NCBI GenBank assembly: GCA_964035545.1
Contig: OZ037773.1
Span: 7,841,751 to 7,905,750, forward strand
Length of the DNA: 64,000 bases
Reading direction: 5' to 3'
Origin: Bugula neritina
Lineage: Eukaryota; Animalia; Bryozoa
Shown: in pieces, positions 1-17,000 of the stretch
Numbering within the stretch: the stretch's first letter is position 1
How the letters are laid out: each line of letters begins with the position of its first letter
The notes under the pieces: generated by a model
Database searches by the model: none
What the model saw: the letters and a program-made list of their open reading frames with translations, nothing else
What the model was told of the DNA's origin: nothing
Position numbers and translations under genes: made by a program

Positions 1-11
1 ATAACTTGTAG

Positions 12-746
12 ACTGTAAGAATCTGGACTTCTCATCTCCAACAGCTAATCTTCCCAACTCAGTTCTCGATGCTCAGACACCACGAAGACACGGCAAGGAA
101 AATTCCTGTACTCCGAAACCTGTGGCACTTGATTGGCTGAGCCAGTTGAGTAAAGGTGAGTTATGATTGGTTGTTGAGTGAACGAGAGCTGTCATTGGCT
201 GAGCCAGTTGGGTATAGAATTTGATTGGTTGCAAGTCGTGTGAATTGTGACTACATGCTATTTGGTTTTAGATAAAGTAGAGAAATTCAACAGCTCCTCA
301 CCACAGCCCATTTCTTCTGCTGCTACTCCTTCACGAGCCAAGACTAAGGCGAGCGCAGCTAAAGTATGGAAATATACATCTCATCATTTTCATGATTTGT
401 CTTTTCACCTATCGGAACACAGCTTCACTGTAGAAATTGTCTTCATTACAAGCCGACATGCTGTTTTTAAATTTTCATTTCCTTCCTACATAAAAGCAGT
501 AAAATAAGCATATCATATATAAACATGTCCGCCTGGTAACCTTGGTAGCTACAAAGCTCTTATCAGTTCCTACTATTTGGACACTGTAATGTTCGGCTAC
601 ACCCACCCCACCCGCATAATATCTAGTGTTTTATTTCGTAGACTCCGACCAATAAGAAGAAAGTATCACAGACACTGCTGAAATATTTCAGTCCTACAGC
701 GCGTATGCCTTCTACCAGTGACTCTAAACACCCGACTAGTGACTAG
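12..746 (+). CDS. DTL: Last three coding exons (12-155, 272-363, 642-746) of a probable denticleless/Cdt2 homolog; gene starts before the window
   Basis: GT-AG exons in compatible phases give ...DFSSPTANLPNSVLD...ALDWLSQLSK...VSQTLLKYFSP...*. SPTxNLPN and DWL motifs plus a terminal PIP-box-like LxxYF resemble the Cdt2 tail. AATAAA at ~779. WD40 region not in window. Confidence 0.6.
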
Positions 747-1610
747 TGACTGGTAACTAGTGACTACTAACAACTAGTAATAAAATCAAATGTGTAATTC
801 CTGCAGTTGATGAAAGAAAGTCTACAAGCTGTACCAGTATTCCCTCTTGACTGTGCAAACTTTATAGAGTACATGATATATATATGAAACTATTTTTATA
901 TTGTTTGTCTGCATGTTACATACTTCTCCAATATACTGGATAGCCTTACCGTTTCTTCAATGATCATATTTTTGTTTAATGCGGTGGACTTTTTGACACT
1001 TACTCTGTGCATTGTAGACATTCACTTATTTTAGAGAAAATTCTATTTATTTTTGTAATGATCAGGTTTTATGTTTTCTGCAATATTGTGGCAAGTTTTA
1101 ACACGAAATAAAATATGTTGTGTTAATTTACATTTGGTGTATTTTCAAACGATTTAAGTTTCTGTTCATAACCAATAGGTAACACAACTCATAATATGAT
1201 ATATCAAGCGTATAGCAGTTTATCTAAAACTCTGTTAGTGCAGGATGAACATACTTTTAATTTTAGTTTAGATTTGAAACAGAGGCAACAATGTTAATCA
1301 ACTGGCAGTATTATTATTAGAAGTAAATGTGGCTGTATTTATTCTTCTTAAAACTGAATATTCCAAATTTTAGCCCTCCCATGATTCAGGTTATATATCT
1401 CGTACATATTCTTTATGTTTATATACATGTGCGCACATGTAGTGTTATATAGGTGTAATAATGTACATATAATATATACACATCACCATGTCTATGATAT
1501 ATATTATTTAGCATACATACTTTTAACCTACATATTAGAATTGTCTATTATTACAGTTGGAATTGCCTTATTTTACCCAGATTGATATATTAGATACATA
1601 TGTTATTATG

Positions 1611-4600
1611 TATATGTGACCAGTCGCGACAAAACCGGGGATGTGGCGGCGTTTATAAAGTGTAGTAAATGAAGGTTTAATTTGGAAATACTTAAATTTG
1701 AAATTAATTTCCAATTTTTAGATTTTGAACTTTTCTAATACAAAAAAATCCAAGGATTTCAAAAATCATACTTTCGTAGGCATTTGATGATTCCTTCAGC
1801 TCTAAAATTGCATTTAAAGTTGGTAACTAAGGCTTTCAATTTTTTAAATGATGAAAAAATTGCGAAGTTATCAATTAAAGAAAGAAGACAATTTTAGTTA
1901 TTTTTATAGCGTGAGATCTTGCAAATTGTCTTTTTATCAAATAAATTTAGCTTACACCTCTTTCTTCGTATTGTCAGAAGCATCGTATTTAAGATCAAAG
2001 GCTAGTTTTAGTTTTTCATCGGGTTCCATCCGAAGTTAGCTTTTAAGTTACTGAGCTGTTTTGCCCTTTTGGTGATAAATGCTGAACTTAATCTTTATCT
2101 TTAGCGTTCAAGCTTGAAAATCACAACAATACTGGTAATTATACTCAAAACAATCATTTACGCTGCTAACTTAGAATTGTTGCCAAGATTATTTGTAGTT
2201 ATCAATTTATTAATATTTATACCATCACTAGGACTAGGAGTATGTCTTAGAGTTAGTCTATTCTATTCTATTTCTATACTAGTAACTATTTAAATGACTC
2301 TCACTATGACTCAAGTTTGAGGTACGGTTACTCATAATGATAATCATAATGAATATCATTCATGATTTACTGATACTGGTATTTGGTAGTAAAACCAAAT
2401 GTAGCTCATTAATATTAATAGTATAAGTAATTAATATATATAAATTCACTATTTGAGTCTGACTCTGAGTTTCGCCTTTGCTCTTAAAACTTGATACTCA
2501 TACTGATAGCTATAGTATTATATTTATTGATTTATTCTATAGTTGATTTTTCAATTTACATTGGACTTGCTCTTAGTAACTTTTAGCCTCTGTCTTAGAT
2601 TTTGTCAATACGGTTACTGATTACTATTACTATTAACATTAGGCATACTAGTCAAACTACCGGTTTCTTTTGTGATTTTTAAATTAGCTCAAAGTTTGAT
2701 TTAAAATATAATGATAAAATCTTTATCACATTATGCAGGCTTACAGTTACTGTCAAAACTCAATTGATAATTATATTTATATTGATAAAAGCATCACCTA
2801 TAACCAAATGGAAATGATAAATGTGACTAAATGTAAATGAGTATAATGATGGAATATTAATGCGAGTTCATGATGATTCTATAGTTGACTGACTTAGTTT
2901 TTCAGTAAGTTACTTTTAGTATTATTTAGTAAGTAGTAACACTAACTGAATGCATAAATAGTCTAAACTTTTTAATTTTATTATAAGATGAGCAAAAATT
3001 TATTCATATTTTAAAGTAATTTATTGAATTCAAATTGATTTTATAGTAAATGTCTTTAATAGATTCAATTGCACTTAGCTAGCTTTTTTACTCAATTAAA
3101 TGCCTGAGTGGTTAATAGTTATCGAAAGACATTGCTTCAAAATTGCCAATTGCAGATATGCTAGATATTCAAGTGTATAATGTGTAATTTTACTGATAAT
3201 ACTATGTTAATATAGAATAATCGGATATTCTGTACGTTTTAGAAAGTGGACTTGCGAGGGCATTAGAGTGAAGACTTATATCTACACAACTCTACTACCT
3301 ATCAATCTAATACTTCTAATGTAGACACACTGAATTTTGGCTTGCAAGGTTATGGCTTCTGCTTATTTCATTCATAAAAAGGTTTGCAGCCTTTTAATGA
3401 TGTGCTTGAAAATTATCAAGAATTTTTTTAATTTAAATTGTTCTGTTTAATTCAATAAATTTAAACGTTGATGAAATGCAGGATCACAATTAACTGCTGC
3501 CATAATAGTACCACAAGAGTGTTTAGCCAACTAAATTTTTATAATATAACTGGGTATAATTTCTAATCAAGCTACGGTTTCCTTTTTTTATCTAAAAAAA
3601 GTCAACATTGTACTTCCAGCTTTGGAATAGACAATAAGTGGGTAGATTGGCAGGATGGATGTCAAGTAGCAGCATCTATAATTGCTAGAAAATCAGCTGA
3701 TGATAGTGATGAAGCTTTTGCCACATACATGATGTTATGTGTCCATACTCCGTAAACTCATATTATGAAGACCAAGGAAGTAGAAAGATGAAAAGTGCCT
3801 TTTTTGCAAAAACCATAGAAGCGACCTTATTTTCTTTTCTTGATAAGAGTTAATTCAAGCATAATAGTTGTATCGAGGCTGGATTTTTTACTGCATTTAA
3901 TTGGTTTTTTAAAATAATGTATTTGATGTTTTAAATGTGAATATTAATGCCTAATAAAACTCAAAAGTTCTGTTAGCTGATTTTATGTTTATATTTTCAA
4001 CATCTCAGCCAAATCAATTGCTAAATTTAGTTGCCGTTAGAGATTATAAAGATATTTATGAATAAATCTCGCATGATCTCATAATAGTAAAATAATTTTC
4101 TCATAAGTGTTCTACTCATTAAGCAAAAATTATGAAACAGCACAGCTCAATAGCTGCAGTTTGATATATTACATAATATATTAGAGGAAAGGGAGATATT
4201 CAATGTATAAGAGGAAGCAGCTGCCATTTTGTTTTATAAGACTTCCTGCTGACTTGGATGCCTAATTTAAATATCTCAACACACAAACTTGCTAAAACAT
4301 TCTCTTCTTTGCTGGAATTGTTAAACCTTTCAACCATTGAACAAAGTAAAAAGCGAATTGACAAATAAATTAGACAAAAAGTTTGGCGGCCATATTTGAC
4401 CTAATTTTATGTTGAGACAGCATGAAATTTAGTTCAACAGAAAGCCCAAACTTTCACAATTATTTTGATACCAAATTTGTCACTATTCCTATTATACAAA
4501 GACCCGTTGCTAAGGCTTGTAAATTGTAAACAAACAATTCTCAACTTATTCTAGAGTTGCCAACTTTAAATGCGATTTTCTCGAAACAGTAAGTTAGAAA

Positions 4601-4771
4601 TTCTAAAAACGTTAAAGTTTTTAAATGCTGATATCTCGAGTTCTATTTATGCTAGAGACTTCAAATAAAGTGCAAAATGTTTGAAAAAGTCAGCTCTATC
4701 AATTCATAATAATAACTAAGTTTTCAACATTTTATATACATCCCTTGTTTTGTGGTGCCAGGTCACATATA
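1611..4771. mobile_element. Degenerate TIR DNA transposon (~3.2 kb), superfamily unassigned
   Basis: Imperfect terminal inverted repeats tatatgtgaccagtcgcgacaaaaccggggatgt / acatcccttgttttgtggtgccaggtcacatata; a second inverted match at ~1804-1828 vs ~4554-4578; TA at both ends; no intact ORF. Confidence 0.7.
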
Positions 4772-5008
4772 ATGCTAAGTGTTGTTCCATGCCACTACCC
4801 TTTATTATATATACTGTAGTTTGAATTATTTTGTGCCCAAAAAGAACGTAATTGTGATCTTTTTTAATAATATTTATTTTTAAATGCTAGATTTTATCAT
4901 TCTATGCCATCACAGTAGATGCCTTCTATTTGTCAGCATTCACTGCAGACTAAGCTAATAGGTCAGCGGACTTGATGTTGGTACGGTAATGAGATACTGG
5001 TGGGGTTA

Positions 5009-9119
<4,111 letters not shown>

Positions 9120-9534
9120 CTATCCTTGATGAGCTTTCTTCCCCTACATTATGAAGGATACTGTACTGTCTAGAAATATGACTGAGAGATGAGCATAAGC
9201 GAAAATTTCAGCGCAACTCTATTTCAAAGCATATCATGTTGAAAATTGTGCAGACTTATTATCATCTAACATAAATGCTAATATGTAAATGAGTACGTTA
9301 AGTCACAAACTGCTATAATACTATTGTTAAGTGTTACTCCAAATACATATGGTCCTAGTTTAGCTAGTTGAAAATGTAGGCAGCACTGCGAGCTTAACTT
9401 TTTATTTGTATAATAAATTTAAAACTGGAAATATTCGACATTTATCACAGATATTGACATTGTTTTAAGCCATTCACAGTTAGTTTAAGGTCATTACTTT
9501 CCAGATTCAAGCACTGCTTTATGTTATATATAAA

Positions 9535-11965
9535 CGGTTTCCAGGGGATAGCTCGAACAGTTTTTGTCTCACATTAACAAATTTTACATGAAAAGATAGC
9601 TCTTGCATTCCTCTTTCATATACTTTTTTAATTTTTCAATAAAAAATTTTCTGAGAAAGTTGTTGCATAATAAGTAAAATTTTATACCCTCCATGTTCCA
9701 CTGCTGTAGCACAGGGGATTCATTTTATAAAGTCTAAAAGTTAAACTTGACATTCCTTGATATGTTTTCTCTAATATACTTTCTTTGTTTTTTGAAATTC
9801 TGTTTATGCTCTTCACAATTTGGTAAAAACATACACCATTTTGCAAGTTTCACTGCAATTTTCTAAATTCTTCATATGGTGGTTCTAGCTACGCTCCTGT
9901 GACTAATTATAACATTCCTAGTACGTTTGCCGCTCTGCGCTATCACAATAACATATAGTACCCTCTCGCACAAATTGGCAATCTATTGGATTTCTGCCAA
10001 GATAATGTTCCCTGTTTTACATTAGCACTTAGCTGAATCATCTCACTATGTTACAATAATATATTGAAAATGCCTTAGCACAACATAATTCTTTGTTTGG
10101 CAGAGTTAATTTCAGCTAAATCACTTCACTTTGCAGTCTTGTCAGTAAAGGTCTGTCTATAGCACAGCAGGTGTACTTTCAGTTTCTCTAATTCACATAT
10201 GATTATTTTAAGTACATTGTATTCTATAAGATCAATTTAAGGTTTAGTCCAGCGTTCAGTATCTAATTATTATGCATGTATGTTGTCTTACTGTTGAACA
10301 AAAGTTAAAAAAAAAACTTTACACTTATAGCCATATTTATTATACATGCGTAGGATTTGCATAAATTGACAAAAAAAATTGCAACAAAACAGGGTTAAAC
10401 CACGACCAACCAACTCGTCGCTGACGCCTCTAACCGCTGGACCACGCAGTCATCGTTAATGAGACGCGCACTATATGAGTTACTATCATTACATAAATAT
10501 TTCGCGCGCAAACGGGTTATAATTATTAGGCTGTCAATTCATGTTGATAGCAGTCAACTGTTGCAATAGTCTCGGGTTACTAGCAAAGCTAATGGTTTTG
10601 AACAAATAACCCAAAAGTTTAAAAATAAGTAGCTTGCGTATTACTAGCTACAAAAACAGGTCTGAAATAGACTGGTGAAGCAAGCTCTTATTGTAGAGTT
10701 TGCAGATGTGCTCTAAAATAAAACTTAAACTGTATGCTATTACATAAGTATTTGTATGCGAGAGATAAATGGACATTACTGAGTTTCTGGAAAACAACAT
10801 ACTTGAAGTTAACTTTGACAATGGTGTGTTATTTTCATCATAGCTAGCCTATAGCATAAATCTCTAATCATATGAATCTTTATGAAGCCCACAGCTCATG
10901 TAAGGGTGGCAATGTAATTTGAAATGAACAGTTATGTTGCTGCATTGTGTCTTAGGTATATTAGAGAGCAGAATTTGGTTTTAATAGCCTACCCCAACGG
11001 CATTCTACAATGCAGCTTATATGCTGGCAGTTGTAATAAGTACTGCCAATAGCAAGGTTACTATCACTGCTAGCTCTGTGCAGTATGTAACCTCTTGAAT
11101 AATTGCGCCAATTTTAAACTCTTGGAAGTTGGCCAAGTTATCATATCGCAGCCAGCCACCGGAGACAAAGCATCAGAGCTATTCATATAATATTATACTG
11201 ACGCACTTGGTAGCAGAGTGGCTAATCTAATATAGTTCATAGTTCAACACCCTTTACTTTGGGAATACAGCCTCTTTTTTTAGGTTTATCTTACAAAGCA
11301 TGAAAATATCTAAACTGATATTCTGATAATTTAGAGGTACATTTTGAAAACTAGGTTAATTGCACTTGTTTGCACAACAACAATAATAAAATAGATATTA
11401 TGCAGTATAATAAAAACACACATAATACTATATAATATATTATAATGATAATAATATAATATTATAAGTACCATTACTGCATTTTATAAATCACATGGTT
11501 GCCAAAAAAATGTATCACAAATTTTGTAATTATACATCAAAAATAGAACTAGCTAGGCAGCAGGTTAGAATAGAGTAAATTTTTAAAACATGAAATCATG
11601 ATTTGACTATTGTTTTATTTAGGCCAACCAACCTAGGAATACAAGATTGGGTTTTAGCTGACAGTTTATAACATTTAGCTTTTGAGCCAGCAGCACTGGC
11701 ACTTGTGAAGTATAGGCAAAGTTAGTGAAGCGAGACTAACAAGCACTCAAATACAAGGCATATTGAGACACAATAACAAGTCAGGAGCGTATAAATTGAA
11801 AAGAATGTGGAAGGGGGACTATGTTTTTCAACAAGCTATAACTTAAACATGAATTGGCTTTTGAAAAAAATAAAAAAGTATATTGGAGAACATAAATTTC
11901 TTTATCTTTTCATATTTTTTTTGTTCCTGTGACATTCAACCTGTTCGAGCTATCAGTGGAACATT
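9535..11965. mobile_element. Degenerate non-autonomous TIR DNA element (~2.4 kb)
   Basis: ttccaggggatagctcgaacagtttttgtctcaca (~9539) is inverted relative to tgtgacattcaacctgttcgagctatcagtggaac (~11928); patchy inverted similarity continues ~140 bp inward. No ORF. Confidence 0.6.
10380..10452 (-). mobile_element. Possible tRNA-derived SINE head nested in the TIR element
   Basis: Minus strand A-box-like TGGTCCAGCGG and degenerate B-box GGTTTAACCC; no full cloverleaf. Confidence 0.35.
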
Positions 11966-14035
11966 GTTCATATAGAACATAAAGCACCTGGCAAAGAGCC
12001 AGAAAATGAAAAGTATGACCTTAAACCAACTGTGTTAGGCTACATAAGAGCACGGAGAAGTGAATTTAGGTTTTTCAACTTAGAGGCATGGCTAGTGAAG
12101 TGTCACAAAGAGCAGATCTCATTGAGTTATTGCAGCAACTAGTCAGTAGCATATGAGGTGAAGGTCACCTTATCATGTCTAGAACAAGTTACTACTGACG
12201 ATCCTGAAGTTGTCTTTCCTGGAACAGTATTCATGATCTTCGAATTTCTAATACATAACAAACTACAAACTAACATACAAATTAAGAAACGTACAGATCA
12301 ACAGATTTTGGAATTTTGGTTTGATTTTTTATATATCTACAGATAGAAACAAGTTATTATTTACAGTTGATTACATTTATTATGCAAATTATAGGTTGCA
12401 ATTAATGTGTTCAACTCATTTTACATATCAATAATCCATGTGAAATGGTGGTTCTCAAGCAATAATTTGTTTACACCTTCTCCAGGTTGGAGCATTGTAT
12501 CGGTTTGTGCTAGTGTGTGGTTGAATGATATACTTTAACTACTAGCCAACTTGGCAACAGGTTTTCAAGTTTATTTACTCTCAAATCGTACCGTAGAAAA
12601 ATGGGAAAAAATAGAAATTGTATCAGTAAGTAGTAACAATATAAATCAAAAGTCAGAGAAACACCATGAACATCACAGAACCAAACAAATTGACATAATC
12701 TATTATAATTCTAATAAAACTTACAATATTGATGCATAGATAAACTTCTTAGCCATCACAATGCCAAAACCGATAGTCTATTCTCACAAAGAGTGTAAAT
12801 ATTGGAGTCTAACTGTGTGCTAGTATAATGCTAAAAATGCTCCTCTCTGGCGGTTTGTTTATGACACACTGACTCATGCAGTACAGTGAATTATAGCACT
12901 AGCCCTGCCAGCTAATAATAGCTTTGGTGAAAGCTTTAAAGCCTGAAAGCTTTAATGATTGGCGGCCTGCCAATACAAGCATCAAATGAAACCTTTCATA
13001 GTTCAATAGAAATTCTTTGCATGCTCTGTAGTTGCAAAACATAATTACAACTTTTGAGTATTAGCTGAACGTTTTATGCCATGCTTCCAAGAATATAAGA
13101 GTGGACAACTCTAGTAAAAATTCCCAAAAATAAGCTTTCTTCGACTACTCTCAGTAGGTAAACATGGTCCTTTAGGGTAAACTGTAAGTTGGTTATCAAA
13201 TTACTAAATGGTATCGATATATTAGAACCCTGGTGATGGACTAGATGCTCTATTTTCAGAGTTAGAAAAAAAAGAGTAAAAGGATAAATAAAAATGTTTT
13301 TATTTCATAAAATAGTGTATTTTATTTGGTAAATTATAGAATAACACCCAATAAGCACATAATGACAAAAATAACTATTGTGTAAATCATAAGCTAACTA
13401 GAATTAATAATGATAATAGAATATCAATATTGAAAAAAAATTTTTAATCTCAGAGCAACTAGGTTCTCCCGCAACACCAACTTAGGAATAGATAAGGAAG
13501 CCTTACTATGTGTGTGTATAAAGCTATGTCAAGGTCATGATAGAAACAAGAAATTTGTATTTCGAATACTTTAAGCCTAAAAAAGTAATTCACATTTTCA
13601 CTCAATATACTAATGTTCTACAAATTCTGTAATTTTACAAAATCTTCGCAACTAAATTGATGGTTTAGTAACCAGGAAAGTACAGGAGAATGGTGTGATA
13701 ACTCCCTTGTGTAGTTTGTGTTGTGTAAGAAAGATGATATAATATTATGTTTTCGTTCAAATGGTGAAGACTGCAGTAAAAGGAAATATCCGTGATAGAA
13801 AAAATACAAAAAAAACAATAAATATGATAATAATATAAAACAATACCATAGACGAGTTTCAGCTACTATACATAAGTTGACCGCAAAGCATTGACTGACT
13901 GGAAAGCATCATAAGATATCAATTGAATAAATGCCACAAAACCTTAGAATATTAACTAACTGATTAAATAAACGACTATCCTCCCTCCATCAAGTTGTAC
14001 ATAATAAATCATCGACAAAATAGTAGCTGAATGTC

Positions 14036-17000
14036 AACTTAAATCACTAAACTCTAGCTCCACACCATCTGCATCAATAACTTCTTCATTTTCTTTGTGA
14101 CCAGTGGAGCTTAAAGGAACGTCTAAAATACATTTACAAAACTCCAGTGACTTGTAAAGAATGAAAGGTAAGTTAAAACCTTGCAAGAAATTGTAATAGA
14201 AATAATTCTAATTGGTTAACAGGAAAAATCAATAAAATTGAATAAATTTCAGGTAACAGTAACTATTCATGATATATTCTATTGAAGCAAATGGGAAACT
14301 GGACATTCAAAAACTCTGGGGAAATTCATCAAAAACTGGATTTCAAAAGGAAACTTCTATTTGCATTGAATTATAAATATACTTTACATTCTAGTGAAAT
14401 TTATTGAAAATAAAAGCTTTAGGAAAGTAAATTTAACCTAAAGAGATTATATTATCTCCCCTGACATACAGCCGTGCCTCCTCATCTGTATTTACTTTAC
14501 AATTATTTGGTATTATCCGAGTCTACCTCAAGTCCTCAACCCCAGTCAAGGGGTCCTCAATTTCCACCGTGATTTACAGCACAGTTTATCTTAATTTCCA
14601 TACAACGTTTTCTGAATTTGAATATTTTTAATAAACCACAAACTTGTCTGAAGCAAAGTGCGACAAAAAAAAATGCATTTAACCTACACAGGTTTTAGAA
14701 TATAGCTCAAGTTTTCAAAAAGATGAACCAGAGGTTGTTGAAAGACTCAAGGATTAAATGTTATTTCAGTCTCACGAAAAGTTTGTAAAACTATAAATAC
14801 TCTTCTCTTGAAAATTGCCTGGTGGCAATCGTAAGCCCACAATAACCCAAGTGCAGGTAAAAGTTGTACACCGTAGCCCAAATACCATACTTAGTTATAC
14901 ATATACAGCAAGTATATAACACACGCACCCACCCATCACACACATGTTAAAGTTAAAAGGCTATGAAGCTGTGTGAGAGAAGCATTAGACAAGCCATGCA
15001 CCACCTATGTGCTTGCGTTAAAGGGAATACTAATGACTAGTGTTAGGGATGGGGAGACAATCTGCAATATATTTCACACAACACTGCAACTACTGAATTG
15101 GTTAGTATTTGTATACCTCTGGAAGTACCAGCATAGCCCTGTAAGTACACATTTTATACTTTACCATAAAACGCTAACATTATATTCCGAGTAGCTCCAT
15201 AATAACATCATAACAATCACTAGGTCCCCAGAGACATCATAACAATAACCAGGTCCCCAGTGACATTATAACAATCATCTGCTCCCTAGTGACATCAATT
15301 ATTAGAATGATCCCAAAATCCCCAAGCTAAGAAGGATAGTCCAGTACTTTAGGTTAGTAGCAATGCTTTGAAAAAATGCCAAGAAAAGAAAAAGCACTTT
15401 CAGCTTTTACAGTTTTGTGCAACTTTGACAGTCTAGGAGAGAGCCTCATTATAACACCCAGTTGCAATCCAAGGGGAATAAATTTAGCAGATAATAAATC
15501 GATAGAAGATGTACTAGTGTGTCCAGCCATCTAGTATATTTTACAGACAATTTAAATGCTTACTAAAATTTTTGAAATATTAGTATTAGAGTTCACATAA
15601 TATCACTTATATTTGGAGCGAAGCTAGCAGACTATGCGAGCTGTCTGTGGTGATTGGCTGATGGAGCAGAGCCATGATTGGCTGACGGTAGAAGAGCAGA
15701 GCCATGATTGGCTGATGGTGGAAGAGCAGAGCCATGATTGGCTGATGGTGGAAGAGCAGAGCCATGATTGGCTGATGGTGGAGCACTAGATGAACTAACC
15801 TGCTCAGTTTCAATGGCTGGAGGAATATCGCTGCTGATTGATGGACCGGCAGCCACGAGCCCCAAACCTCTGTGTGTCTCTGTGAACAGTTGACTGCAAA
15901 TAAAGCAGAGACATGGTGAGACTATACCAACCAGTCACATGGTGAGACTATACCAACCAGTCACATGGTGATACTATACCAACCAGTCACATGGTGATAC
16001 TATACCAACCAGTCACATGGTGAGACTATACCAACCAGTCACATGGTGATACTATACCAACCAGACACATGGTGATACTATATCAACCAGACACATGGTG
16101 AGACTATATGAGACAATTAAGTAACAATGAGGAGAGTGGGTACGTACAAGTTCTCTTCACTCTCCTCATCAGAAGAACAGGAAGTGAGGTCTCTCTCGGC
16201 AGACTGGTGTCCGAACATGTTAGGGAAAGGCTGTACTGGCTGCTTTTTGAACACTGATTCACCATCCCCTGTACAGTACAGTATCACAATCTATATGTTC
16301 ATTATTGATAAAATACCATAGCTAATTTATTTATTTATATATAATAACCAATGTATTCACAGTACTCAAGAATTACATTCTGAAGTTAACTGATGTCACC
16401 ATATAAACAGGCTGCCCACTCACCGGCTTGTCCACTCTCGGCTGCCGTTATCACCGGTGCTGTCTCGCTGTATGGTGGTGGTGCCCCGTCATCCAGTGGA
16501 GGTCCTACCTACAAACAGCAGATGAAGGCGTAGTAAAGGCAGCAACAGCGTGTCTTGCTGCCGACATACAATTATCTGAGGTAACAATCAAGTAAGTTAT
16601 GTAGGTAAGTAACTGTGTAGATGTGTAGGCAAGTAACTGTGTAGTTGTGTAAGTAACCAAGTAAGTGGGTAAGTAAATAACTAAGTAGTGTATATGTGTG
16701 TAAGTAACTAAGTAGATGTGTATGTAAATAAACGTGCTATGTGGGTAAGTATGTAAGTAGCTAGCTAGGTAAGTAACTAAGTAAGTATGCTATGTATGGT
16801 GAGTGAGTTACTACTTAGGTATGTAGGTGTGAAAGTAACCCAGTAAGTGTGTATGTAGATAAGTAACCAAGTACATAGGTGTGTAAGTGTGTAAGTGGGT
16901 AAGTAGTGACTCACATAGATAGAACTGCTGCAGCTGACGTAAGATGAGCTGGTAGTAGCCGTAGTGGATTCTTTGCCCTTCCCAGAATACATTGAGACTT

